Of a stretch of DNA of 64,000 nt, positions 14,429 to 28,162 are shown in pieces. Source of the stretch: Octopus vulgaris (Eukaryota); NCBI GenBank assembly GCA_951406725.2, contig OX597832.1, positions 18,786,001-18,850,000 of the forward strand, read 5' to 3'. The notes below the pieces were generated by a model. That model saw nothing but the letters and a program-made list of their open reading frames with translations, was not told where the DNA came from and searched no databases. Position 1 is the first letter of the stretch; the number at the start of each line of letters is the position of its first letter. The position numbers and the translations under genes are program-made.

Positions 14429-14656
14429 TATGATAGTCAATTGTTTATTTTATCATAAGCTTATATTATTATATCTAACCGTTCCTGGAGTCCTACGAGT
14501 GGATTTCTCCTGACTGTTAAGAATCCTCATAACAAACTCATAACTATATTCTTCACATCACTTAGACTATGGCCATGTTTGGGCATGCAGATGATGGACT
14601 AAAAATTGAATCATGCCATTTGCAAATTTCTTACCACACAGCTAATATGTATATAG

Positions 14657-14971
14657 TGGAGGCGCAATGGCCCAGTGGTTAGGGCATCGGACGCGCTGTC
14701 GGAGAATCGCGGTTTCGATTCCCAGACCGGGCGTTGTGTGCATTTATTGAGCGAAAACACCTAAAGCTCCATGAGGCTCCGGCAGGGGGTGGTGGTGACC
14801 CCTGTTGTACTCTTTTGCCCCAACTTTCTCCCACTCTTTCTTCCTGTTTCCTGAGTAAGGCTGCGGTGGACTGGCGTCCCGTACAGCTCGGATGGGGAAC
14901 ACATACGCCATAGAAACCAGGAAACCGAGCCCATGAACCTGGCTAGGCTTGAAAAGGGCGCATTAAATAAA
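14657..14971 (+). mobile_element. SINE family B (tRNA-derived head) with tail type 1
   Basis: A box 'tggcccagtgg', B box 'gtttcgattcc', body 'aaagctcca.gaggctccggcagggg', tail '...gaaaagggcgcat(taaa)n'. Homologous to the copies at 27143, 48660 and 52140. Confidence 0.9.
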
Positions 14972-15197
14972 TGTGTATATATGAGTATAGGAAACAAAAG
15001 AATGCATAAATGCATAATTGCAAACAAGTTAGGATTACGCCTGTTTCTACAGCAGAAACAATCCACATTACGGATGCTTTCTTCTTCAGAAACTAAACTT
15101 GCGTATTGCTTAAAAGCATTTATTCATTCCTTGCATTGACACGTGTAATCATCGCATATTTAGCAACGTAAGTTGCTACATAATTCGGTGTAGTATA

Positions 15198-15464
15198 AAT
15201 AAATAAATAAATAAATAAATGCGCCCTTTTCAAGCCTAGCCGGGCTCATGGGCCCGGTTTCCCGGTTTCTATGACGCATGTGTTTCCCAGCTGGAGGTGA
15301 CGCCAGTCCATCGCAGCGTTACTCATTTTTGCCAGCTGAGTGGACTGGAGCAACGTGAATGAAGTGTTTTGCTCAAGAACACAATGCATCGCCGGTCCAG
15401 GAATCGAAACCACAATCTTACGATCATGATGCTGACACACTAACCACTAAGCCACGCGCCTCCA
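15198..15464 (-). mobile_element. SINE family C (tRNA head + CORE-like body + tail type 1)
   Basis: Reverse complement reads 'tggaggcgcgtggcttagtggttag...ttgtgttcttgagcaaaacacttc...aagggcgcat(ttat)n'. Imperfect TSD ggtgtagtata (15187-15197) / ggtgttgtata (15468-15478). Confidence 0.9.
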
Positions 15465-16023
15465 CCGGGTGTTGTATAGCATTTCTTATTTTCTCAGGAC
15501 ATGTACATTAATTTTGGTATAGGATGAAGTGTGTCACATAAGCTGATAAATAAATTTTATCGAAGTATTAATCATCTTTCTAGTATTCTATACAAGTCAT
15601 GTAAGCAGGATACAAATATTGAACTGAAACGTATACAAAAAGGAGGTTCTTGCTTCATAAACTGAGTTACCTTCTCCTGATTAACGGTTAATTTTAAGAG
15701 GATGATAATTCAACAGACAGCTGTAATCGAAAGAAAATATTGACGGGCAATGATTTTGATTTGCTGTATGATAAAAGCAGAATAATTTGAATTGCTTTCA
15801 AAATCAACACATCAATAGAAATTCACACATGATGTAGAAGTCTGCATGACACTAAGAGAAGAAATGTCTACCCTAAGATATGTATTAGCCAGTCTATCCT
15901 TATGCACTTACAGACACATGTAGACGCCCACGTATTTCAATATTCTAATATTCTGTAGAAATTGTGCAAATGTTTTTTTGAATTATATGATCATAATAAC
16001 AAAAGATGAAGATGTACAGAATC

Positions 16024-16253
16024 CTTTTATTTGTTTCAGTCATTTGTCTGCGGTTATGATGGGGCACCACCTTTAGTCGAACAAATCGACTTCATGACTT
16101 ATTCGTTGCAAGCTTAGTACTTATTCTATCGGTTCGCTTTTGTCGAACCGCTAATTTACAGGGATGTAAACAAACCAGTGTCGGTTGTCGAGCGATGGTG
16201 AGAGAACAAATACAGACACATGCAAACACACACACTCACACACACAAACACAA

Positions 16254-16331
<78 letters not shown>

Positions 16332-16495
16332 CATATATACATATATACGACGGGCTTCTTTCTACCAAATCCACTCACAGGGCTATGGTCGCCCCGAGGC
16401 TTTAGTAGAAGGTGTTTGCCCGAGCTACCACGCAGTGAGACTGGACCCGGAACCATGAGGTTGGTAAGCCAGCTACTTACCACACAGCCACTCCC
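16024..16495 (-). mobile_element. SINE family A, near full length
   Basis: Reverse complement of the A consensus with internal (CA)n(TA)n. Confidence 0.9.
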
Positions 16496-16766
16496 ACATA
16501 TAATAGGATTGCGTTTGTGCGTATACACCTCACCCAGATATCTGTGTATATCTAGGGCTAGGTTTTTGTAGTTATATGTGTATTAATACATGATGTATGT
16601 ATTTTTGCCACGACTGAATATTATCGCATGCAGAGTTAACAGAGCTGAATCGTTAATTACTTAACATCCTAATGACCATAATAACCTTACAGTTTTTGAT
16701 CTCTTATAAGTGCACGTGTTTGTATCCATATATGTATGTGTGTATGTGTGTATGTATATATATATA

Positions 16767-16803
<37 letters not shown>

Positions 16804-16823
16804 CATATATGTGTACGTGTGTG

Positions 16824-16885
<62 letters not shown>

Positions 16886-17411
16886 TGTGTGTGCGTGTGA
16901 ATGTGGGTGTATTCACACACTGTGCATGCATATGCATATGCATATATAGAGAGAGAGCTGTTCTTGTGTACAATTCCACATATATATGAATGCATAGGTG
17001 GGTACACATACACTGTCACACCTACAAACACACACACTAACACACGTACATGCACTCGCAAACACATACATATATACATACAAACAAATAAGTATGTGTT
17101 TGTATATAAATATACATCTATATAGTGTGTATCTGTACTTGAGAATCGTGCGTAAACATGACTATAATTTTCAATACGCTAACCTCAATGTAATCCACTT
17201 GGAATTCCGGAATATAAGCTTAGCGATTTCTTTTGTTGAACACTATCATGCTTATTCTTCAACCTAGAATTCAGATACTTATAAGTAAACAATGGCAGAA
17301 GATATTCAGATGTGTGGCAAGGCAATTAAAAAGCTCACTCTGATCACAGATTTTTATTTTGGCTCAGAATGTACTATTGTGGTTTAATTTGAGACAAACA
17401 CAGAGAGAGAG

Positions 17412-17490
<79 letters not shown>

Positions 17491-17646
17491 CTCGTGCGTG
17501 TACACATTTTCTGGCTCTTGAAGTTAATATATCTTTGTTAGTGCTATATAAATTTGTTACTTGCATTTCCGTATTGCCAGTCCTATCACCTGATGGCATC
17601 AACTATATTACCATATTAAAGAGATCCAGTTTTATGCATCTATGTA

Positions 17647-17725
<79 letters not shown>

Positions 17726-17825
17726 TTATGTATATATATATGTGTTTGTGTGTATGTGTATATATAAGTATAAATATATGTATAAGTTTATACATATATA
17801 CATATATATGTATGCATACTTATAC

Positions 17826-18056
<231 letters not shown>

Positions 18057-18111
18057 TTTTCGCTGGAGCACAAGATCTCACTCAGGTCACTTTCTATGCA
18101 AGTACCTCTCA

Positions 18112-18191
<80 letters not shown>

Positions 18192-18250
18192 ACATACATA
18201 TACATATATATATATACACATATATATATATATATATACAGACACACACA

Positions 18251-18346
<96 letters not shown>

Positions 18347-19454
18347 CCGAATATTAAATTCAGGCCACGAAAGACACAAGGGATATTCCTGAGGCCGAGG
18401 AATTTAAACTTACCGAGGCAATATTTAAATATCTCCTAAGGAAACACAACTAGGTCTCATAATGCAGGGAAAGCGTTGCGTAATCAAGTCCCCGCACTCC
18501 TGGAGAAATATGCAAAGTGGACAAAATTGTAGTGATTTAGAAATAGATGTGCAAACCTACAGCTTCTTAATTACTCTAATGTTATTCAGTTACATATACA
18601 TACTCAACAGATGCCCAAACCTAGAAGTATATATATATTTTCTCTTATTGGACTGCACTGGATAAATCTGAAGGTAGTTGAGCTTTATACTATACCCTAC
18701 CCCGTTCTTTATGGAATCTACTATATCTGTGTGTATGTATTTTATGTATATATATAAATATATATATATCACATCATACAGAGTAAATCGTTTTCAAGCG
18801 TAAATGCGTATTTATTGAAAATAAAACCTACTGTAACATGCGCACCTGCATATAATCAAGCAGTTATAAAATTAATACACATACACACACACACATACAA
18901 ACACACACAATCCACAAACACACGTATACACCCCCCATACACACTCATACATAGACACACAAACACACACGTATCATCAGGTAAAAGGAGAAAACGACCT
19001 CGCCATTTACTTAATTAAACGAAACAGCAGTGAGAGAGAAAGGAGAAAAAAAAGAGTGAAAATAGTGTGTGTGAGAGAGGGAATGAAGGAAACAGAAGCA
19101 GTGAGTAAAAGAGAGAGTGAGAGCTAAATACAGCGAGAGAGAGAGAGAGAGAGGAAGAGATCTCCGTATCTAATGAACAATCTAAGCTGGCATAATTAGA
19201 TTCTTAATCTCCGTTTTTAGCTTCTAATCAAATACCTCACTTCTTTGACGTTCGACCAAAGGTAATTTTCCAAATTAGAATGACTCAACTCACCCTGATG
19301 AAACTGATCTCGAAACATATGCGTGAGCTTCTAGCATGCAGCAGACACTGGCTTAAAATTATATTCGCTGCAAACAGGTTTGTCCATATATACATAACCA
19401 TACCTACATACATATATATATATAAAAACACACATGCACACACATACACACACT

Positions 19455-19499
<45 letters not shown>

Positions 19500-19929
19500 T
19501 TGAATACGTATCGCCACCGTGGGCCACTGCATCGAACACTTTGAACATATACTTCAAACTATATATCAACTATACATGAACTATATATCAACTATACATG
19601 AACTCTAAGATGTCTGACTCCGTTGTGTATTATAAATGAATTTCTTGTGTTTGACGGCATGAGCTGTCTTTTTTTATATATAACTTTTTTTGATAAGGTT
19701 CATTTCAGGAACTGAAACATGTTATAATGTATATATAAAAATTAAAAATTGTATAATACAGCAGCATTTTCGAACTTCATTTTTTACAAATATATATATA
19801 CATATATATATATATATACATACATATTTATATATATAAATATATATATATGGATGGATGTATGTATGTATGTATGTATGTATGTATGTATGTATGTATG
19901 TATGTATGTATAAATAAGTGCCTAAGTAT

Positions 19930-20169
19930 TCTTTTATTCTTTTATAATTTTATTTGTTTCAGTCATTTGACTTCGGACATGCTGGAGCACAGCCTTTATT
20001 CGAGCAAATTGACCCCAGGACTTATTCTTTGTAAGCCTAGTACTTATTTATCGGTGTCTTATGCTAAACCGCTAAGTTAAATGGAAGTAAACATACCAGC
20101 ATCGATTGTCAAACGATGTTAGGGGAGAAACGCAGACACACAAACATATACATGCATATATGTATACAC

Positions 20170-20249
<80 letters not shown>

Positions 20250-20410
20250 GACAGGCTTCTTACAGTTTTCGTCTACCAAATCTACTCACAAGGCTTTGGT
20301 CGGCACGAGGGCTATAGTAGCGAACACTTGCCCACTGTGCCACACTGTGGGACTGAATCCGGAACCATATGGTTGGTAAGGAAGCTACTTAGCACAGAGC
20401 CACTCGTGCG
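19930..20410 (-). mobile_element. SINE family A, near full length
   Basis: Reverse complement of the A consensus with internal (TA)n. Confidence 0.88.
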
Positions 20411-20772
20411 TTTATACATATGTTTTTATTGACATATATGTGCATATGTATGTTTGTGTATATGTGTATGTGTATATAGCATGCACATAGACACACACAC
20501 ATACATTTTTATGCTTCATAGCTTAGTTGCAGGTACAGTAATATATTATTGTTTGTTACATTTTATCGGCAGAAATATATACAGGTTACTCAAGTTTTCA
20601 GTGCTTCTTACTTGGAACTTATCGTACCAAGGACGAAGCTTTCAGCATTTAATTCACGTCTTTCAAAATCCCGTTGATGATACATAATAAATAATATTTC
20701 TGCTCATGTATTCTCATCAATTTGTCTTGGTCGTTTTACTAAGGAAACCTTGCGTGTATGGTCATATGTATT

Positions 20773-20829
<57 letters not shown>

Positions 20830-21113
20830 GTTAGTATGAATATTACACAGCTCTTCACGACCTTTACATGAAGGTTGCCCTGGTTCTGTTATTGTTGATG
20901 TTGGTGGTATTAATGTAATTTTAACTCCTATGTTTATGCTTACGTCCCCCGAACCATGACAATTTGATTGGTTGATTCAAACGTACATCGGTTGCAAAGC
21001 GAAGATCTCTTTTCCGCCACACGGTGCACCTGTACGGGTAATGACTATTTCATGGACGGAGTCAGCTTATGTGAGCACAGATATTTGATCACTATTAACA
21101 AATATATATATGA

Positions 21114-21231
<118 letters not shown>

Positions 21232-21390
21232 ATATATATTCAACCAAATATATACGTTTTATTGATTATTTTATACATTAATTAATCATCAGTATATTTT
21301 ATATCTTATATTTAATATTTCTAGTATATGTAATTTTCTGGATGGTGTAATTTAATGTTTCATTTTGAATTGATGAAAGGTGTTTTTTTC

Positions 21391-21425
<35 letters not shown>

Positions 21426-21537
21426 CATTTTGTGAAATTTGATTTAGTATTTTTAAATTGAATTTTTCCCTGTAACTTTGGAATAATATTCCCTCAAATT
21501 ATTATTATAATTATAATTATAATTATTAATATTATTA

Positions 21538-21603
<66 letters not shown>

Positions 21604-22094
21604 GTGTGTGTGTGTGTGTATATGTTTGTGTGAGAGAGAGTGAGAGGGAGAAAGGGAGAGAGAAAGGTAGTGTCCATAGGTCTGAATTCTATAATTTTCC
21701 CATCTATTTAAGAGCAATGACGAACATTGGACCCACTCAAGGCACTGGAAATTGAAATTACCAAGAATCTCCCACCATGGATTCGAAGAGCCTGGATTTA
21801 TGATTGCCCCAATCTTCTAGCCACACCTGCCATCATATAGAACATGCAAACAATCCTGTAATATATATGTTCAAACATAATTTCTATCACTAACTTATAA
21901 ATCGAGGAGAAAGATATTAGGTGAAATATAGCAGCTATCTAGAGTCACTACTGATAATCATGCCATCATATATACATACTGATATGCTACAAAGTATGTG
22001 GTGACATATAGAGAATATACAGAACGAAATTTTATAAAGCTTAGCATTTGGTAGCCTAATGACTACGATGCACAATATAATTATCAAAGTAGCG

Positions 22095-22156
<62 letters not shown>

Positions 22157-22205
22157 GATTAAGCACATAAATAGTACTCGAATACAAGAGGTAAGGTAAT
22201 ATGCT

Positions 22206-22334
22206 TTATTAAAAAGCAGCAGAAATATAACAAAAGCTGTTACTCAGAGTTTCAGGCTCCGTTCGTCGGACGGACAACGGGAAAGTGAAATTCCGAGTAA
22301 CAGTCTTCGTGATGTTTCTGCTGCTTTTTAATAA
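22206..22334. repeat. Inverted pair of a short repeat, each arm carrying a degenerate minimal hammerhead-ribozyme motif (Penelope-like)
   Basis: Arms 22206-22254 and 22286-22334 are reverse complements. The minus strand at 22237-22273 reads ccgt-CCGACGA-acggagcct-GAAA-ctc.t.gag-TA-acag. Confidence 0.65.
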
Positions 22335-22338
22335 TAAT

Positions 22339-22396
<58 letters not shown>

Positions 22397-23254
22397 TTCA
22401 TTATGAAGAAATAATTATCGTTAAGGACTATTGCAAATTACCAGCGCCAATGCTAGAAATAGGTGTCAAATACCTATAATGTACTCTACAATATGTTCTC
22501 TATATTCAATCACATGTACGAACGCGATGTAATGAGCAAGACAATTCAAAAATATTGGATAATCCTATACCTCAAGATTTCACGCCCTGCAAAACTTTGC
22601 TTTACGATCTTCAGTAGAAAAAAACATTAATATATAAGCGCGAAATATACACTTATGGTACACTTATGACTGGCAGAGATTTACACTGATGTACAGTTGC
22701 TTCTATTTCATTTCGATAGTTTGTAATCTCAACATTTATTCATATTATAATGTCGAGGCCAAAGTGACCACATCTGATTCGAAAGAGTCAGTTACCTAGA
22801 AATGCCTTGGCACCAAAGCTACCAGAAAAAAGAGACTGTATTCTGCTTGTGTAAATTATACCATCAGATTACCTATTCAAAACAACTTTTTAAGACATGG
22901 TAACAACATACTAAGATATGATGCATCCTATCGCTATTATATAAAATCATTTGTTATATATCCTTTGGAGAAACTGTCTCACTTCGTGCTACTCAGAGTT
23001 ACGGGGAAACATATCACTGAATATTTGTTAAAATGAATGAATATTGGAAGTTGTACAAACTAGATAGGGTGAATTTTCTGAAATTTGTACTATTCAAATT
23101 ATTAGTTGTCACGAATTATTTTGAAAATATTGAATATAAAATGCCTATGAACATACGTAGTGAACTGTAGACCAGTGAGGGAGATAGCCAGTGCGATTGC
23201 CATAAAGTACATCAAAAACCAATAATGAATTATCTTTGTGCATACGTATATATA

Positions 23255-23342
<88 letters not shown>

Positions 23343-23394
23343 ATATTTGTATGAATGTATATATATATGTATGTATATTTGTGTGAATTTATAA

Positions 23395-23439
<45 letters not shown>

Positions 23440-23596
23440 GGTGCGTGTGTGTATAAACATAAATTCATATGTACTTATGTGTGTAGATATTTCAAGGGAG
23501 AAGGGAAAAGAGATAGAGACTGAATCAAACACAGGGAACATATATATGATATATATATTATATATATATATATATGTGTGTATGTATATATATATT

Positions 23597-23675
<79 letters not shown>

Positions 23676-24041
23676 ATATATACATATATATACACATATG
23701 TATATGAAGATATACATATAGAAAGATATATACTTGCTATTAAATCTCTAATCTTCAAGCGTGCAATAAGCTAATAATCTTGGATGGGACCAGTGATACT
23801 AATTAATCACCAATGGAAACCAAAATTAAAGCTAGTTTTGTCGTGATTGCTATTTCTAATCAAATATATTCCTAGGCATCTTCATCCGACGAAATAAGCG
23901 ATCAGTGTAACCACATAATGAACGTTGTTATATCTATAACTCATTATTTCATCTGCTACCAAAGTTGCAGGAGGAAATTGAACTAGAGAGTGACATCAAA
24001 TATATATTTCAGTTAGAGATATATTTATCAATACCATACTC

Positions 24042-24114
<73 letters not shown>

Positions 24115-24593
24115 TATACATATAGATATATGTATACATATATATACATATATATATATTATATATGTGTATATATATATATATATCATATATATGTGTA
24201 TATATATATTATACATAAATTGTTTAAGCCACCGAAGCCGTCGCTGGATACCATCCGGCGATTGCTCAGCTTACTGAATCTTCGAAGAACCTCTCGATTA
24301 TGTTCTTGTTGAAGAATAATAAACTTGCACTCTACACTTACTGCTAAAACATCGAGCTGTGGGTACTAGTCCCACGCGCACGGCCAACAATACTTATTCC
24401 GTCGAGACTTTTTATATGCACCAATATTAGACTACCTTAAGCAATGCACGGTGATTACTTATAAGTTTTAGACTTACAAATTAGCCTTATTATTATTTAC
24501 AAATGTGTAAAATCGTAAACGCTTACCCAAAGAAATTTCATCGCAGATAACGTGCATTTTTTTTATAAAATGACACAATGCAATTTAAATATA

Positions 24594-25081
24594 CCTGTAA
24601 ATCCTCGTGTATTATGCGCATTTTCCCTCTAAATGTCAAAATCCGTAGTGCGAACTATATACGAGGTTAAAAAGTAAAAAATATTTTCTAAGCAACGTCC
24701 GAGTCTCTATTTGTTGTCCGGCAATGTTTATTCAGACACATTTTGTGATATCGGGCACGAAAATACCTTAAGCGAAGCCTGAACGCAATGAAGTCATAAA
24801 AGAATCATCCATAACATGCAGTAAGCAACATTTATTAAAATAAAAGTATTCAGATCACAGAATAACATGTAACAAAAACAATTTGCAAGCATATTTACAT
24901 TCTCATTATTGTATTACGCATGCGCGGAAGTGTTTGTACGACTAGGTGCTGCTGGCTTAATTACACGCGACTCAAGTTAGAGATGTGGTGCGTATTATAG
25001 TTTTCTTTTTCAGACGTACCGCCACCTAAAAAAAACCCTGCGTATTATACTCAAGGGCGGACTATACCCGAGGATTTACGG
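24594..25081. mobile_element. Tc2/pogo-like (Tc1/mariner superfamily) MITE
   Basis: TA|cc(t)gtaaatcctcgtgtattatgcgc ... gcggactatacccgaggatttacgg|TA: CCGTA-type TIRs, TA target duplication, subterminal gcgtattata repeats, no ORF. Confidence 0.8.
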
Positions 25082-25949
25082 TATATAACAATAATTTCTA
25101 TGGTTTACATTTGAAATCCGGTCAGCGTTCAATATACAAATGTTTGGCTCACTGAGAACTGCAACATAATCTGTATTTGTGTACCTTCTTTTTCTCATAT
25201 TTTACGTTTATTAAGTCAAAAAGTGTAATCTGAAGATGATTTGCCATTCTTTCAAGCGAACAACTATAAATTGTCTAGTCGTCTCTCACGCTTAGTATTT
25301 ATTTATTCCTGTGAATTAGCTGGGTATTAAATTCATGTAGCCTCATATTTCTATTCAAACGAAAATAAAAAAAAATAAGCATTTGGTTCGCAGGCATCCT
25401 ATAACCGTCTACATGATTCTTCCAAGATACCAATATTTAAAACAATGATGGTAGTCAATATTGCCTGATAAGTTACGTTCCAAGTGTTTTTCAAATTCAA
25501 CAATATGGTTACAAGAAAGTAAGCGACAGGGGGTACACTATACTAGTTACAAATACATTAAGGTTTGAAGTAAATATATTCAATTAAAAATTAGTCATTA
25601 ATTAAGATTATTCAATAATTAGTATATAAATCCAACCTAGATGGTTTCTCAAATTTGTAAACAAGAAGCAAGTTAAGTAGCTTAATTCATAGAAGCTAAT
25701 GGAAATATTTGAATAATATAGAATCTGCAGATAGGATTGTGTACATCTTGTCTGTATGCTCAACTTATGGAAGCAGTTCATGGACTTGTTTCGATCTTAT
25801 ATGATCTTTTCAATAGTTATTGAGACGAAAGAAATGCAGTGATGTTGATTATAGATATTAGGAATAAAACAGATGATAGGAAACTTAGGGGAGTGTTTGG
25901 AAGAATACATCTGCATACAGGAGTATGATATGAAAGTGTAACAGAGTAA

Positions 25950-26557
25950 TAAGGCGGCGAGCTGGCAGAAACGTTAGCACGCTGGGCGAAATGCTTAGCG
26001 TTATTTCGTCTGCCGTTACGTTCTGAGTTCAAATTCCGCCGAGGTCGGAATCTTTTCACCCTTTCATCCTTTCGGGGTCGATAAATTAAGTACCAGTTAC
26101 ACACTGGGGTCGATATAATCGACTTAATCCGTTTGGCTGTCCTTGTTTGCCCCTTCTGTGTTTAGCCCCTTGTGGGTAGTAAAGAAATAGGTACATCGTC
26201 TGTCTTTAAGTTCTGAGTTCAAATTCCTCCGAGGTCGACTTTGCCTTTCATCCTTTCGGGGTCGATGAAATAAGTACCAGTTACGCACTGGGGTAGATAT
26301 AATCGAGTTAATCCGTTTGTCTGTCCTTCTTTGTCCTCTCTGTGTTTAGCCCCTTGTGGGTAGTAAAGAAATAGGTATTTCGTCTGCGGCTTCCCTTCTG
26401 AGTTCTAGTTCCGCCGAGGTCGACTTTGCCTTTCATCCTTTCGGGGTCGATAAATTAAGTACCAGTTACACACTGGAGTCGACGTAATCGACTTAATCCC
26501 TTTATCTGTCCTTGTTTCTCCCCTCTATTTTTAGCCCCTTTTTGGCAATAAAGAAAT
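25950..26557 (+). mobile_element. SINE family F trimer (tRNA-like head + 3 tandem ~185-bp units) with 16-bp TSD
   Basis: Head 'ggcggcgagctggcagaaacgttagcacg', B box 'gagttcaaattcc', conserved domain 'gcctttcatcctttcggggtcgataaattaagtaccag' three times. TSD aagtgtaacagagtaa at 25934-25949 and 26558-26573. Confidence 0.92.
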
Positions 26558-27142
26558 AAGTGTAACAGAGTAAACCGAATAAGAAAACGAGTAATTGCGT
26601 TTCAGTGAATGCTTTACACAAGCAAAATTGTATTCTAAATAATGTTTTCTTGTAGTTGTTGCTTTTGCTTATGTTTTTCTTATTTAAATATGTATTCTTG
26701 TTGCGCAGATATATAATGAACGGGTTGTCATGTGCAAGTAGCCCAATAATTTCGTAGGAGAAAACGTTGTTATTACTACATTAACAAACACGGTTGTGGG
26801 CATGGTTTAGTGACCAAGAAATTTACTTTACAAATTTACTATCATAATGATCTGGCTGGAGGTCCTACGCATCGCGTTGAACTATTTTTTAATCCACACC
26901 CTCCTCTGAACTCAAGGTAGTTGCTTGAAATAGGCTAGTTAGAAATTTTATGGAAGACCGTTAAATTGGATCGTAGCTACAATTAAAATATCCAGCTTTC
27001 TTAAACACAGAACCACATTCATTCTACCAGACTACCTTAAGTTTACACTAAGAAGATAGATTTCTTTATTTGTGATGGCTCAATTAAACGGTGGGAAGAT
27101 GGTTAATAGGCAATGTAGTTCCCGGAATGTTAAGTGATAAAC

Positions 27143-27446
27143 GTTGCCCTTTTCAAGCCTGGCTGGTCTCATGGGCCCGGTTTCCCGGTTTCTGTGGCGT
27201 ATGTGTTCCCTCCAGCTGGATGGGACGCCAATCTATCGCAGCGTTACTCAAGAAGCAGGAAGAGAGAGTAAGAGAAAGTTGTGGAGAAAGAGTACAACAG
27301 GGGTCACCACCAGCCCCTGCCGGAGCCTCGTGGAGCTATTAGGTGTTTTCGCCCAATAAACACACACAACGCCCGGTCTGGGAATCGAAACCGCAATCCT
27401 GCAACCACGAGTCCGCTACCCTAACCACTGGGCCATTGCACCTCCA
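27143..27446 (-). mobile_element. SINE family B, tail type 1
   Basis: Reverse complement of the 14657 copy; directly abuts the tail of the family C copy at 27452. Confidence 0.9.
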
Positions 27447-27451
27447 AAAAA

Positions 27452-27699
27452 ATGCGCCCTTTTAAAGCCTAGCCAGGCTCATGGGCCCGGTTTCCTGGTT
27501 TCTATGGCGTATGTGTTTCCTAGCTGGAGGGACGCCAGTCCATCACAGCGTTACTCATTTTTGCCAGCTGAGTGGACAGGAGCAACGTGAAATGAAGTGT
27601 TTTGCTCAAGAACACAACGCGTCGCCCTGTCCAGGAATCGAATCAACAATCTTATAATCATGGTGCTGACACCCTAAACCCTAAGCCACGCGCCTCCAC
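27452..27699 (-). mobile_element. SINE family C
   Basis: Closely matches the copies at 15198-15464 and 59338-59596. Confidence 0.9.
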
Positions 27700-27954
27700 C
27701 ATGAAATGATACCTAATTAAATATTGCTACATAATTCGTCACCTTAATAAAACAATTAACACCAAATAGGATTTGAAATTCTGAGGGATTCGAACTAAAG
27801 ACCGTAAAGAAATTAAGCACAATGCTCATCACATTTCATTAGCCATGTGTTCATGCTTAAAACTCATTATGATTTATGGTACAAATTAAAGTATATAATG
27901 TGTGTGCCACATGTTATGTATTCGAAGGCCGTCTAATAATGTTGAAAGTTATGG

Positions 27955-28162
27955 AGACGTAAACAAACTAACACCGGTTGACAAACAGTGCTGGGTGTCA
28001 AACACAGACACAAAGACTCACGTCAGTTTTCGTCTGACGAATCCACCATAAGGCTTTGGTCAGCTCGAGGCTACAGTTGAAGACACATGCCCAATGCGTT
28101 ACGTAGTGGAACTCAGCCTGTATCCTTGTAGTGGGAAGAAAGCTTCTTACCACACAGCCACA
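27955..28162 (-). mobile_element. SINE family A 5' part, degraded, with the internal microsatellite nearly absent
   Basis: 'aggctttggtcagctcgaggctacagttgaagacacatgccca...cttcttaccacacagccac'. Confidence 0.7.

Noticed and set aside
19289-19327. ctcacc-CTGATGA-aactgatctc-GAAA-catatgc-gtgag hammerhead-like motif
   Set aside because: Stem II cannot pair and no NUH triplet fits with stem I; likely chance or too decayed to call.
24221-24389. Possible solo LTR (TGT...ACA with AATAAA)
   Set aside because: No matching 4-6 bp TSD and no second copy, PBS or PPT.
25950-26557. CRISPR-like or satellite array
   Set aside because: Units are ~185 bp with no unique spacers, the context is eukaryotic, and the array is explained as a SINE multimer.
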